From NCBI GenBank assembly GCA_029565685.1, contig JAKQNR010000022.1:556035-620034 (forward strand): a stretch of DNA of 64,000 nucleotides. The letters run 5' to 3'. The notes under the pieces are model-generated. The model worked only from the letters and a program-made list of their open reading frames with translations, did no database searches and had not been told where the DNA came from. A program made the translations under genes and the position numbers. Below are positions 40,167-49,440 of this stretch, one piece after another (positions within the stretch are counted from its first letter, which is position 1; the number at the start of each line of letters is the position of its first letter). Source of the stretch: a bacterium. GTDB taxonomy: Bacteria > Zhuqueibacterota > Zhuqueibacteria > Residuimicrobiales > Residuimicrobiaceae.

Positions 40167-41366
40167 CTAACATTCGGCCGACAGCTCTCGTGCCTGACGT
40201 ACAAGCTGCGCCGCTCTCTCCAGGGCCAGCTCCAGCGCTTCGCGACCCGGCCCTCCCCCTTGCACCAGAGTGGCCTCCCCTCCTCCCCTGCCGTCGATCA
40301 TGGGCAGCACGGCTTTAAAAACCGGACGAAGATCGAGTTGATCCCTGGAATTGGCAAAGACCAGATAGCCCTGCTCCCTCGCTGCGGCCAGCAGATAGAT
40401 TCCGGGCTGTTTTTTGCACGCAGCCACCGCTATTCGGCGAAGGTCTTCCATGGAAAGCTCCGGAAACAACTGCACGACCACATCCGTCTGAGCAGCCCGT
40501 TCGCAGAGTTCGGCCATCGCCTGATCGGCCTGCGCACGACTGTGCTGCTGCAAGACTTTGCGCATCTCTTTGTTCTCAGCGAGTATTTTTTCGACCTGGA
40601 ACGTCAGTTGATCCGCTCCGGTAGTCAATGTGTCGCTCAACGTTCTGATGATCTGATGCTCTCTGCAGAATTCCTGCCAGCTCCGCCGACCGGCGACAAA
40701 GTTCACCCGCCAATGACCGCGAATGCGCTCAGCAGCCAGCATTTTGATCAGTCCCACCTGGGCTGTACTGCGGACATGTGTGCCGCCGCAGGGATCCACG
40801 TCCAGTCCGGCTATTTCCACCAATCGAACCGATTCATCCAACGCGATCTTTTTACGCACCGCCCGATCGTTCGCCTGCTCCGGGGTGACGAAAAAAGAAT
40901 CCACTGCGCGATTCTCCCAGACCACCTGGTTGGCTTTCTCTTCAACCTGCCGAATGATCTCCTGGGTGAGATCGGGAACGTCGATCTCGATGGTAGAAAC
41001 CTCTTCGCCTAGATGAGAGGCCAGTGTGGAGATTTTAAACAACGCACTGAAACAGCCGGCCAAAATATGAAAGGCCGTATGCTGCTGCATAAAATCAAAG
41101 CGCCGTTGCCAGTCGATGCATCCTTCGACCGCGCCATCCTGCAGAGGTGAAGATAACAGATGCCAGATTTCGCCATCCTGATATTGGACATTGTGCACAG
41201 CGATCCCGTTCAGCCAGCCGGTGTCGTGCATTTGTCCGCCTGAAGTAGGATAAAAACAGGTTTGATCCAGCACCACCGCGGGGCGCCCGTCTATCACGCC
41301 GGACTGCATCACACGAGCAGAAAAGTGGGTTTGATAAGCATCTCTAAAATACAATCGTTCCGTCAC
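40167..41366 (-). CDS. AlaX-type alanyl-tRNA editing protein (AlaRS editing-domain homolog)
   Basis: 'HTAFHILAG...' and 'DVDPCGGTHV' are the HxxxH / CxxxH zinc motifs of the AlaRS second-additional (editing) domain. GTGA overlap with the upstream exonuclease gene. Confidence 0.75.
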   Translation of the reverse strand: MTERLYFRDAYQTHFSARVMQSGVIDGRPAVVLDQTCFYPTSGGQMHDTGWLNGIAVHNVQYQDGEIWHLLSSPLQDGAVEGCIDWQRRFDFMQQHTAFHILAGCFSALFKISTLASHLGEEVSTIEIDVPDLTQEIIRQVEEKANQVVWENRAVDSFFVTPEQANDRAVRKKIALDESVRLVEIAGLDVDPCGGTHVRSTAQVGLIKMLAAERIRGHWRVNFVAGRRSWQEFCREHQIIRTLSDTLTTGADQLTFQVEKILAENKEMRKVLQQHSRAQADQAMAELCERAAQTDVVVQLFPELSMEDLRRIAVAACKKQPGIYLLAAAREQGYLVFANSRDQLDLRPVFKAVLPMIDGRGGGEATLVQGGGPGREALELALERAAQLVRQARELSAEC

Positions 41367-42604
41367 AAGGACTCCTTCGCCACAGATGAGATCTTGGCCT
41401 GCTTGTGCAGAATGCGGGTTTCCCGTTTACGCAGATCATGGAGAAAATACAGATAGTTTTTTTCCGGCTGCAGCTCCATCAGGGTCTCTGCATGCGTCCT
41501 GGCCCTGCGGATAACCGAAAGCGCTGCCGAATAATCCCTGCACCGGTGCTCATAGTATTTGATCAACTCTAGACAGGGATCGGTCGAGAAAGAGCCGCTT
41601 GTGTTCAGCAGCGACAGCCAGATCTGTTCCGCCTCTTGATACCGCTTCAGCCGTTTCAGATTCCAAGCCTTGCGCAGTTGCATTTGTCGGTGTTCAGCCC
41701 CTGAACTGCCGTCCTCTGCCTCACACGCCTCGCTGGCCTGTTCATACAAGCCCAAATGCTCATAGGTTCGAGCGACGCCCATTCGATGATATGGAACAGC
41801 GCCGCCGCTGCGACGGAAAACCTGTGCAGCTCGAACCAGCAGGCGCAGCAGAGAGATCAGATCCAGGGCGTTGTGCTGAAACACCGCCTTGAGCGGGGTT
41901 AAATCCCGAGTCTGCAGGCTGTCGAAATAGAGAGAGGGGATCCGCTCACCGGGCACATCCGAGGTGCGTCGAAAGCCGAGCACCACCTGCTCCATGCTGC
42001 TTAGCCGGCCGTCAGGGACAAACGGACGCCACAACCGCCTGCTGGTGTGCAACAGGTCCAGATGCAAAAACCGGTTCCAGTCCAAAGAAACCCGATTTAA
42101 TATACATCGATTGTGCAACAGTGGAAGATCAAAGGTTTTGCCGTTGTAGGTCATCAGGCCGGTTACGTCCTCCAGCCATTCAACCAAGCCGGTGAGCATC
42201 GCACGCTCCTGAAAAAAATCGTGCATAAAGAACTGCCGCACCAGCACAGAGGTCTGCTGCAAGCGGGCCACGCCGATCAAAAAAGCGCAAGTTCCGGCGC
42301 CGCCGGCCAAGCCGGTGGTTTCGGTGTCGATCCATGCAGTATGTAAGAGGTTGAATTGGTTTAAAATCCGGTTTTTGCCGATGCAGGCGAAATCATGCGG
42401 TTGCAGATCCAGAATGGCCCGCAGTTCCGGCCAATCTTGAAAAGAGAATGTTTTCTCCCGCAGCCAATAATCGCCTGCGCAGGTGCTTCTGCGTTCCAGC
42501 CCCAGCGCCTCGATTCCGACTAACCCATCCCTGCCAGCCGGTTGCTCTCTATTCGATGGCGCTGTTTGCTGCAGCGTGCGCAGTTTTTCGATAACAGATG
42601 TCAT
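41363..42604 (-). CDS. MrfB/YprB-like RNase-H-fold (DnaQ-like) 3'-5' exonuclease with TPR-like C-terminus
   Basis: 'AWIDTETTGLAGGAGTCAFLIG' is a DEDD exo-I motif. Downstream partner of a DUF1998 helicase, as in B. subtilis yprA-yprB (mrfAB). Confidence 0.65.
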   Translation of the reverse strand: MTSVIEKLRTLQQTAPSNREQPAGRDGLVGIEALGLERRSTCAGDYWLREKTFSFQDWPELRAILDLQPHDFACIGKNRILNQFNLLHTAWIDTETTGLAGGAGTCAFLIGVARLQQTSVLVRQFFMHDFFQERAMLTGLVEWLEDVTGLMTYNGKTFDLPLLHNRCILNRVSLDWNRFLHLDLLHTSRRLWRPFVPDGRLSSMEQVVLGFRRTSDVPGERIPSLYFDSLQTRDLTPLKAVFQHNALDLISLLRLLVRAAQVFRRSGGAVPYHRMGVARTYEHLGLYEQASEACEAEDGSSGAEHRQMQLRKAWNLKRLKRYQEAEQIWLSLLNTSGSFSTDPCLELIKYYEHRCRDYSAALSVIRRARTHAETLMELQPEKNYLYFLHDLRKRETRILHKQAKISSVAKESL

Positions 42605-42628
42605 GGGGCTTTACCGATCCGTCCGGAT

Positions 42629-44938
42629 TTAGGTGAGCTGAGCCATAAAGGACAACAATAAAAGTCCGCCGGCCTTGCCGGTCTCTCCCACTTCAAGGGC
42701 CGGCCCGACGCAGGATGGACAGCCGTTTTTACACGAACAGGCTTGAACGAGATCATAACCCGCCTTTGCGACCTCTTGATGGATCTGATACAGCTTTTTG
42801 CAATATCCCACTCCTCCGGGATACACCTCCCAGATAAAAATGGTGGGCAATTGAGAATGCGCAGCGCGCATCATGGGCATGACCGACAGATCGCGGGGAT
42901 CCGTCATCAGATACAGCGGCGCCACGTTCGCCAGCACGTTGGCCGCGGCTTTGAGCGCATCACCAAACTCCTGCTGCGGCATGTTCAGCTCTTCGTAGAG
43001 ATGATCCGGAAATCCAAACCAGAATCCCTGCGTGTGCATGGTCAGTTCCGGAAGAGCGATTTTAGCCCAGCCCACGTTCTCGTGAGTATGAAATTTTATT
43101 TTTTTATACATCGTGGCAATGCTGGTCACCGCCACCTCTCCCCAACCGGCGCGGCCGGCACCGATCTGCCGCTCTTCGCTTATCTCAAGAAGCTTCAAAT
43201 CCGATTTGAGCTGGGCGTCGGTGTAGTAATCCACGCTGACCTGATGTACGTAGGCTTTTCGCCGCGGCCAGTCCAAATGGTCTACATGATATTGCCGGCT
43301 CTCATGCATATAGATAGCGCCGTCATGCAGCATGAGCGGCGCGGCAAACAGGTCCAGTTCTCCGATCACCTTTTCTTCCGTCGTGGTTTTGTCGATGATC
43401 ACCACATTTTCTTCAGCAGCGCTGCGCAACGACACGGCTTCAGCCGGATAGACTTCAGCCATCCAATGCCAACGATCTTCAGAGAGGTGAAGAACACGGT
43501 TCTCCTGTAAAAAGCTCAGGATTTCCTGAGTGCTGTCAACGCCGCCAGTTTGCCTCCAGCTTTCGCCGAAACGCTCAGCCGTAGTGAACGGCAGTTCAAA
43601 TGCAGCGCACTTGATGTGGCTGAGCAGAATCAGCAGATTGTCCGGATTCAGCAGACCAGCCTCCGGCGATTGACTGAACAGATACTCCGGATTGCTCATC
43701 AGATACTGCTCCAGCGGAGCCGATGAGCCGATGAGAATCGCCACCGAGGTCTCGTTGCGCCGGCCTGCCCGGCCGGCCTGCTGCCAGGTGCTGGCGATCG
43801 TCCCGGGATATCCAGCCAGAATGCAGGTCTGCAATTGGCCGATATCGATGCCGAGCTCCAGCGCATTGGTGCCGACCACCCCGAGAATGGTCCCCTCGCG
43901 CAATCCCTTTTCAATCTCCCTGCGTTGCAGCGGCAGATAGCCGCCGCGATAGCCGCGCACCAACTGGGGAGACTTTTTGAGACGGCGCATGATCTCTTTC
44001 AAATAGGTCACCAGAATTTCCACCCGCAACCGGCTTCTCGCGAACACGATGGTGGGAATATCCTGGGCGAGAAAACGGGCGGCGAGGCTCTGCGCCTCCT
44101 TGATGTAAGACCGCCGGATGCCCAGCTCCTTGTTCACCACCGGCGGATTGTACAGAATAAAATGCTTGACGCCGCTGGGCGCTCCGTTGCTATCGATGAG
44201 ATGCATGGGTTCTCCGGTAACATGTTCGGCAAATTCCAGCGGATTGGCGATAGTCGCTGAACAGCAGATGAACAGCGGCCGGCTGCCGTAAAATCGGCAA
44301 ATGCGTTTCAGGCGCCGAATCACGTTCGCCAGGTGACTGCCGAAAACGCCGCGGTAGTTGTGAATTTCATCGATGACAATATAGCGCAGGTTTTCGAACA
44401 GCTTGACCCAAAGCGTATGGTGGGGCAGTATGCCGGTGTGCAGCATGTCCGGATTGGTGACCACAATATGGCCGGAAGTGCGGATGGCCTTGCGCGCTGT
44501 GACCGGGGTATCTCCATCAAAAGTATAACTCCTGATGTCAAAAGAGAGTTGCGGCGACAACAGGGCGACGACGCTGTGCAATTCAGCCACCTGGTCCTGC
44601 GACAGCGCTTTCGTGGGAAACAGATAAAGGGCCCGACTGTCTGGCTGCTTTAAAACCGCATTCAAAACCGGCACGTTATAGCAGATGGTTTTACCGGATG
44701 CCGTGGGTGTGACGATCACCGTATTGCGCTCTTGCAGGATTGCCTCGATGGCCGCAGCCTGATGAGAGTAGAGCGATCGAATGCCATGAGCCTGCAAAGC
44801 GTTCTTGAGCCGACAGTCGAGTGCTTCTGGATATTCAGCCCATACCGGCGGCCTTGCCGGGAGCTCTTTCCACAACGAGACCTTTTCCATGAAGCTCTGG
44901 TCCCGCTTCAGGTAATCCAGCAATTGATCGATGGTCAT
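42629..44938 (-). CDS. MrfA/YprA-like DEAD/DEAH-box helicase with C-terminal DUF1998 zinc finger
   Basis: Walker A 'TPTASGKT'. 'DEIH' box. Motif VI 'QQAGRAGRR'. C-terminal 'ACSCKNGCPSC' four-Cys DUF1998. Start at the MTIDQLLDYL ATG (44938) gives an ATGA overlap with the upstream gene. The ORF-track start 45136 would overlap that gene by 200 nt. Confidence 0.8.
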   Translation of the reverse strand: MTIDQLLDYLKRDQSFMEKVSLWKELPARPPVWAEYPEALDCRLKNALQAHGIRSLYSHQAAAIEAILQERNTVIVTPTASGKTICYNVPVLNAVLKQPDSRALYLFPTKALSQDQVAELHSVVALLSPQLSFDIRSYTFDGDTPVTARKAIRTSGHIVVTNPDMLHTGILPHHTLWVKLFENLRYIVIDEIHNYRGVFGSHLANVIRRLKRICRFYGSRPLFICCSATIANPLEFAEHVTGEPMHLIDSNGAPSGVKHFILYNPPVVNKELGIRRSYIKEAQSLAARFLAQDIPTIVFARSRLRVEILVTYLKEIMRRLKKSPQLVRGYRGGYLPLQRREIEKGLREGTILGVVGTNALELGIDIGQLQTCILAGYPGTIASTWQQAGRAGRRNETSVAILIGSSAPLEQYLMSNPEYLFSQSPEAGLLNPDNLLILLSHIKCAAFELPFTTAERFGESWRQTGGVDSTQEILSFLQENRVLHLSEDRWHWMAEVYPAEAVSLRSAAEENVVIIDKTTTEEKVIGELDLFAAPLMLHDGAIYMHESRQYHVDHLDWPRRKAYVHQVSVDYYTDAQLKSDLKLLEISEERQIGAGRAGWGEVAVTSIATMYKKIKFHTHENVGWAKIALPELTMHTQGFWFGFPDHLYEELNMPQQEFGDALKAAANVLANVAPLYLMTDPRDLSVMPMMRAAHSQLPTIFIWEVYPGGVGYCKKLYQIHQEVAKAGYDLVQACSCKNGCPSCVGPALEVGETGKAGGLLLLSFMAQLT

Positions 44939-47322
44939 ACAGTCTCTTTTAAAAGATAAATGGTTCCCGAGCCGCCGTCCACTTTGACCATGTCGCCTGG
45001 CTTGATCAGAGCGGTGGCTTGGGCCACGCTGGTGACACTGGGAACGCCGAATTCCCGAGCCAAAATAGAAGCATGGGACAGAACACCGCCAACCTCTAGA
45101 ACCAGAGCGGAAATCTGGTGAAATACCGGTGTCCACGCCGGATCAATAGAGCGGGCGATGAGAACGCTGTCCTTTGGAGCAGCAAAAGCCTGGTCACAGG
45201 TGAACGCGATGTAGGCAGGCCCCAAAGCGATCCCCCTGGAAACAGGGACACCCTTAAAAATCTTTTGAGATGAAAGAGAGCGATGATTACTGGCGGCAGT
45301 GATCCATTGGTTTAAAAAAGCCTTCCTTTGTTGAATGATGGAAGCATAGATTTGTGCAGAGTTTGCGATGGTTGCGTCAGCCAGTTCATTTTTAGTTAGA
45401 TAAAAAACATCTTGTGCTGCCTTCAGCAGACCTTGCTGCTGAAGTTGCTCAGCCATGTGCAGAACCACCCGTCTACTCTGCGCTAAAATACGCTGCCATA
45501 GATCCCGTTGATTTTCCCGCAGGAGCGTAAAAATTTGTGCACGGCTCAAAAGATAAGAGAAAACTTTGGAATATATCCATCGGGAAAGGAAATGATGCGA
45601 GGCGGCGATTTGCTTGGCGCACTCCAGCTCAGCTTCTTTTCTCTCCTGAATGGCGTTGAGCAGAGATTTGCCGTTGTTCGATTCTTCCTGCGCAGTGCGC
45701 AGACGCTTACCGAAATCAACGATTCGGCTTTTCTTTTCAGCCCAGGTCGGATAGCTTATGTCCAAACTTTCGGAGCGATGGCCATATAGACGGAAATATT
45801 CATCCCAATTCTCCGGCCTATTGTATCGGCTATTCTGCAATCTGATCAGATGAAGGTTGGCAAGAACTGTTTGATTGTTTTCCAGGCCGGAGAGCAGCTT
45901 TTGAGTCAAGCCCAAACGGTCACGAGAGGGCAGCGCCAGTCCGATCATCTTGGAAAGCAATTCATAATAGAGATCAGCAAATGTAATGCTCCAGCGGTGA
46001 ATCGATAAAAATTGATCACTTAAATCTATGGTTTTATAAAGATAATTTATCAGCCCAGAATATGTGAGTTTTTTAAAATCCATCTCATGCATTACTTTAA
46101 GTGTCAGCAGGCAAGTACGGTTAAAGGTACCCCATTTGTGCAGATGAAAAAACGGCAGCCAATCTAAATTTTTCCCTAAAAGTCTGGTGAGGAGATAAGG
46201 GGCGGATTTAACCAGAGCTACCCACCATACCTGAGACCGATGCATCAGGCCTAGGCTGTTCTTTTTGTCCTCAGATATAAAACGCAATGGAATAATGGAA
46301 TACAAGGATTGGAGCACGCGCAATTGACTGAAAGGAATGCCTGAGCTTATTTTGGTAAGGTGCTTTGTTTTCGCCAGATTATCAAATCCAAGAAACCAGA
46401 GAGGATCGCGGAACGCATTCTTTTCCAGAATATCGCGGATAAGACTCCAACCCAGCACCGAAACAGGGCCGCTGAATCGTTCGACAAAGAAATAATTGAC
46501 ATACTCTACTCGGTTTTCGTCCCACAAGCGCTGTCCATGCGTAAACGATGCCGTAATCGGTCTTGCCTGCAAAATCCACAGTTGGTTTTGTGAATCGATG
46601 GCCCACTCGATATCCTGAGGGCCGCCTAGCAGTTTTTCAATTTCCATACCGATGCAAAAAAGAGAGCGCAACAGTCCGGTAAAATCCGCATTCGACAAAC
46701 GCCCCTTCAACTCATGCGTCGAAGGATGTCCAGACGATCGATCAAATTCGACGCGATATGGCTCCTCCTTCCCCTCCATCAAGCGCTCCCCGGTCTGATG
46801 AACATATTCAACCAGCATCTGGTCGTCGGCGGAACTGGGATTTTGCGTAAATAAAACGCCTGCAAACTGCGCGGCGATCATAGGCTGCAGGATCACCGCC
46901 ATCGCTGGATCGACGTGCCGGACCCTGCCTGGATAAGCGTTCTTGACCGACGCAAATCCGGATTGAAGAACGATGTAAATGGCATCGAGGATCTGCTGAT
47001 GCTCTTTCAGATGAAGCATTGATTTAAATTGCCCGGCAAAAGAGTAACGGGCCGCATCTTCGGCCAGCGCAGAGGATCGTACGGCATAGCCTGGTTCTGA
47101 GGGGTGTTTGCTGCAAAACTGAGCGATGATCTCCAGGAGGCGGCGTTCTGCGGCGGCTGTACGGGAGGTTAAGGTGGAATAGATATAGGTCGGCAAGACC
47201 ACAAAGTCAGGCACCTGGATGCCGTGGTGTTTGAGTAGGGCCAGGCGCGATGCTTTTCGTCCTGTCCAGTCAGTGCGGAGTGCGGCTTTTGTGTGTGAGC
47301 CAATTCTCCAGGACCTAGCCAT
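44935..47322 (-). CDS. PEP-utilising three-domain kinase (rifampicin-phosphotransferase/PEP-synthase-like: PPDK_N ATP-grasp + central domain + phospho-His swivel domain)
   Basis: N-terminus 'GRKASRLALLKHHGIQVPDFVV' is PPDK_N-like. C-terminus 'ALVLEVGGVLSHASILAREFGVPSVTSV...GDMVKVDGGSGTIY' is a PEP-utilisers mobile domain with the catalytic His. The length and domain order match the RPH architecture. Start placed at the MARSW ATG (47322), 4 nt after the upstream stop. Confidence 0.7.
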   Translation of the reverse strand: MARSWRIGSHTKAALRTDWTGRKASRLALLKHHGIQVPDFVVLPTYIYSTLTSRTAAAERRLLEIIAQFCSKHPSEPGYAVRSSALAEDAARYSFAGQFKSMLHLKEHQQILDAIYIVLQSGFASVKNAYPGRVRHVDPAMAVILQPMIAAQFAGVLFTQNPSSADDQMLVEYVHQTGERLMEGKEEPYRVEFDRSSGHPSTHELKGRLSNADFTGLLRSLFCIGMEIEKLLGGPQDIEWAIDSQNQLWILQARPITASFTHGQRLWDENRVEYVNYFFVERFSGPVSVLGWSLIRDILEKNAFRDPLWFLGFDNLAKTKHLTKISSGIPFSQLRVLQSLYSIIPLRFISEDKKNSLGLMHRSQVWWVALVKSAPYLLTRLLGKNLDWLPFFHLHKWGTFNRTCLLTLKVMHEMDFKKLTYSGLINYLYKTIDLSDQFLSIHRWSITFADLYYELLSKMIGLALPSRDRLGLTQKLLSGLENNQTVLANLHLIRLQNSRYNRPENWDEYFRLYGHRSESLDISYPTWAEKKSRIVDFGKRLRTAQEESNNGKSLLNAIQERKEAELECAKQIAASHHFLSRWIYSKVFSYLLSRAQIFTLLRENQRDLWQRILAQSRRVVLHMAEQLQQQGLLKAAQDVFYLTKNELADATIANSAQIYASIIQQRKAFLNQWITAASNHRSLSSQKIFKGVPVSRGIALGPAYIAFTCDQAFAAPKDSVLIARSIDPAWTPVFHQISALVLEVGGVLSHASILAREFGVPSVTSVAQATALIKPGDMVKVDGGSGTIYLLKETV

Positions 47323-48295
47323 TTTGCTGCAGCAACTCGCTGATATAAAAAACGTTCTCCTTGGGCGTTTCATAGGGAAGAACGCCGGTGCCGATGCAGA
47401 CTTTTTCCCGCTGTGCAGCCAATGCAAGCATACGCCGGACTTCTCCGGCGATCTCCTCACGCGTGCCCTCGGATACAATGCGCGAGATCATATTGATTCG
47501 AATCATCACTTCAGGGTGCGCCTTGGCTTTATCTAGAAACTGCTGTTGGTCGGTCTCAGCCGGACAGATCAGATAGGTGGCGCCGGTGGAACAGAGTTCA
47601 TTCACCAGCAAAGCCGTATCGCCGCCGATGATCAACGCCGGCGTGAATCCCTGAATGCGGCCGGCCAAGGCAACCAGTTGAGAAAGCGCAGGCAACTCTA
47701 TCTGCGTAAAGATATCCGGCGAAATGAGCGGCGGAGTGGCCGCTGATTCAAATAGAGTGACTTTGAGTCCAGCATCTTGAATGGCCTGCAAGAATCCACG
47801 CTGATAGACCGCCAATCGTTGCAGACCCTGTGCCAACAGATCCGCCTTTACCAGCGCGGCATAAAGCAGGGTTTCAAAACCAAGCAGGACCGAGGCCATG
47901 GAAAACGGTCCGCTGACCGGTATGCGCACATCGGCTTCCGGGAAACGGGCTTTCAGGCGTTGCCCTACGCGGATCAGCATACCGATGCGGCCGGCCGTGT
48001 TCGGATCAAACGGTTCGAGTTCCAACAGCTGCGTGGGATCGTGAAACAGCGGTACGGTGATAGTCGGGATGCCGAATCCTTCCGTCGGGGTCACCTGGGC
48101 GCCATAGGCCTCCGCCTCTGGATTATAGATATCGATGCCCACCGTGACCGGAGTGTGATGGTAGAGCTCATAGGCCGCGGCATGAGCCTGATAAAGCAGA
48201 TCCTCGTTTCGCGAAACCTCCCAGGGCGTGCGATGAATGACAGCAGCCGCATGTTCATAGACCGCTGGCTGAAAAAAAAGTGCGGGGTCTCGCAT
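47315..48295 (-). CDS. Uroporphyrinogen-decarboxylase (URO-D) family protein, paralog 1
   Basis: URO-D/MtaA-like TIM-barrel signature with a C-terminal GxG-rich region ('IGTGVLPYETPKENV'). ATG 48295 gives an ATGA overlap with paralog 2. Confidence 0.65.
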   Translation of the reverse strand: MRDPALFFQPAVYEHAAAVIHRTPWEVSRNEDLLYQAHAAAYELYHHTPVTVGIDIYNPEAEAYGAQVTPTEGFGIPTITVPLFHDPTQLLELEPFDPNTAGRIGMLIRVGQRLKARFPEADVRIPVSGPFSMASVLLGFETLLYAALVKADLLAQGLQRLAVYQRGFLQAIQDAGLKVTLFESAATPPLISPDIFTQIELPALSQLVALAGRIQGFTPALIIGGDTALLVNELCSTGATYLICPAETDQQQFLDKAKAHPEVMIRINMISRIVSEGTREEIAGEVRRMLALAAQREKVCIGTGVLPYETPKENVFYISELLQQNG

Positions 48296-49440
48296 CAATA
48301 GTCCCTTGTTTTGTGATATTCATCGAGCATGGCCATATAATTGTCGTATTGGCTGCCCACAGCGATGGAATGGCTGGCGCCAAGGATAAAGCGTCCCCCT
48401 TCTTTGGCGTAGGCCATGGCGGAGCGAACGTCGCGGCGCACATCCTCCGGCGTGCCGCTGATCAAATGTTCGACGGCAACGCCGCCCCAGAGGGTGATCT
48501 TGTCGCCATAGCGCTGTTTCACTCGAGCCAAATCCATGTCAGCGGTCGGCTGAATGGACTGATAGGCGTCATAACCGATCTCGATAAAATAGTCCAGCAG
48601 ACGCCAGACATTGCCGCAGCAATGTTTCATGATTCTTTGACCATAGGTCGATTTGATATGGCGGACCCGCTCCTTGTTGGCGTCAAGATAAAAATCGCGA
48701 AACATGGCAGGACTGATAAAAGGTCCGGTCTTGTACGCGAAATCGTGTCCCCAGAGTACGGCGTCGGCCTTGGGGTGGACCCATCGTTCATCCGCTCGTT
48801 TATACTGGTTGGCGTAGAATTGAACCGCCTTGCGGATCAGCTCCGGGTCTTCCATTAAAGTGATCATGCCCTTTTCCATGCCGCCCGGCAATACAATGCC
48901 GATCTCGCCTCCAGAGGGGCCGCAGATGAACTTTTCACCATGAAAGGTCTCGATCACGGTGTTCAGAATATGCCAGGAACGTTCATCGAGCTGCGGCAAA
49001 GGCGGCTCGCCTTCAAACTCCTCATGGCGAAAAACCTTTTCCTGCATGACCGGATCATGAATGCAGGTGATATCGGCGGTAAAATCAGAATATTTGTAGA
49101 TTCGCCCTTGCCGGTCCTGCCAGGTGTTTTCATCCAATCGCTGCGGCGGATCCTCGATGGGCAGAGGGATCTCCCAAGTAGCCATGGGAAAGGTAATGAT
49201 GTCGAGATCCAGTTTGCGATGCAGGGCGATATGATCTTCCAGGTAGCTTTGCACCACTTCATCCTGACGCCCCTCCCAAAAGGCGATCTGCGATTTGGCT
49301 TTGGCCCGCAAATAGGTTTCATGACCGAGAATCTTTTCCACAGTATCGAAATCGACGGCGAATTCGCCGATGGGAACCCGGTCAGGAAGACGGCCGGAGA
49401 GCACGGCATGTACCCGCTCTTTCGCAGTCATCGATACCAC
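48295..49440 (-). CDS. URO-D family protein, paralog 2
   Basis: 381 aa. Similar fold signature ('KHCCGNVWRLLDYFIEIGYDAYQSIQP'). Overlaps paralog 3 by 13 nt. Confidence 0.65.
   Translation of the reverse strand: MVSMTAKERVHAVLSGRLPDRVPIGEFAVDFDTVEKILGHETYLRAKAKSQIAFWEGRQDEVVQSYLEDHIALHRKLDLDIITFPMATWEIPLPIEDPPQRLDENTWQDRQGRIYKYSDFTADITCIHDPVMQEKVFRHEEFEGEPPLPQLDERSWHILNTVIETFHGEKFICGPSGGEIGIVLPGGMEKGMITLMEDPELIRKAVQFYANQYKRADERWVHPKADAVLWGHDFAYKTGPFISPAMFRDFYLDANKERVRHIKSTYGQRIMKHCCGNVWRLLDYFIEIGYDAYQSIQPTADMDLARVKQRYGDKITLWGGVAVEHLISGTPEDVRRDVRSAMAYAKEGGRFILGASHSIAVGSQYDNYMAMLDEYHKTRDY

Noticed and set aside
42629-45136. Longer helicase ORF starting at 45136 (ORF track)
   Set aside because: It would overlap the upstream PEP-utilising gene by about 200 nt. 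The extension is Arg/Ser-rich with no helicase similarity. The internal ATG 44938 gives a canonical ATGA junction and a typical MrfA N-terminus.
41363-45136. DUF1998 helicase as part of a DISARM-like defence system
   Set aside because: No DrmB/DrmC/methyltransferase partners in the window. The partner is a YprB-type exonuclease, as in the MrfAB repair pair. Left as an open alternative in the findings, not called.
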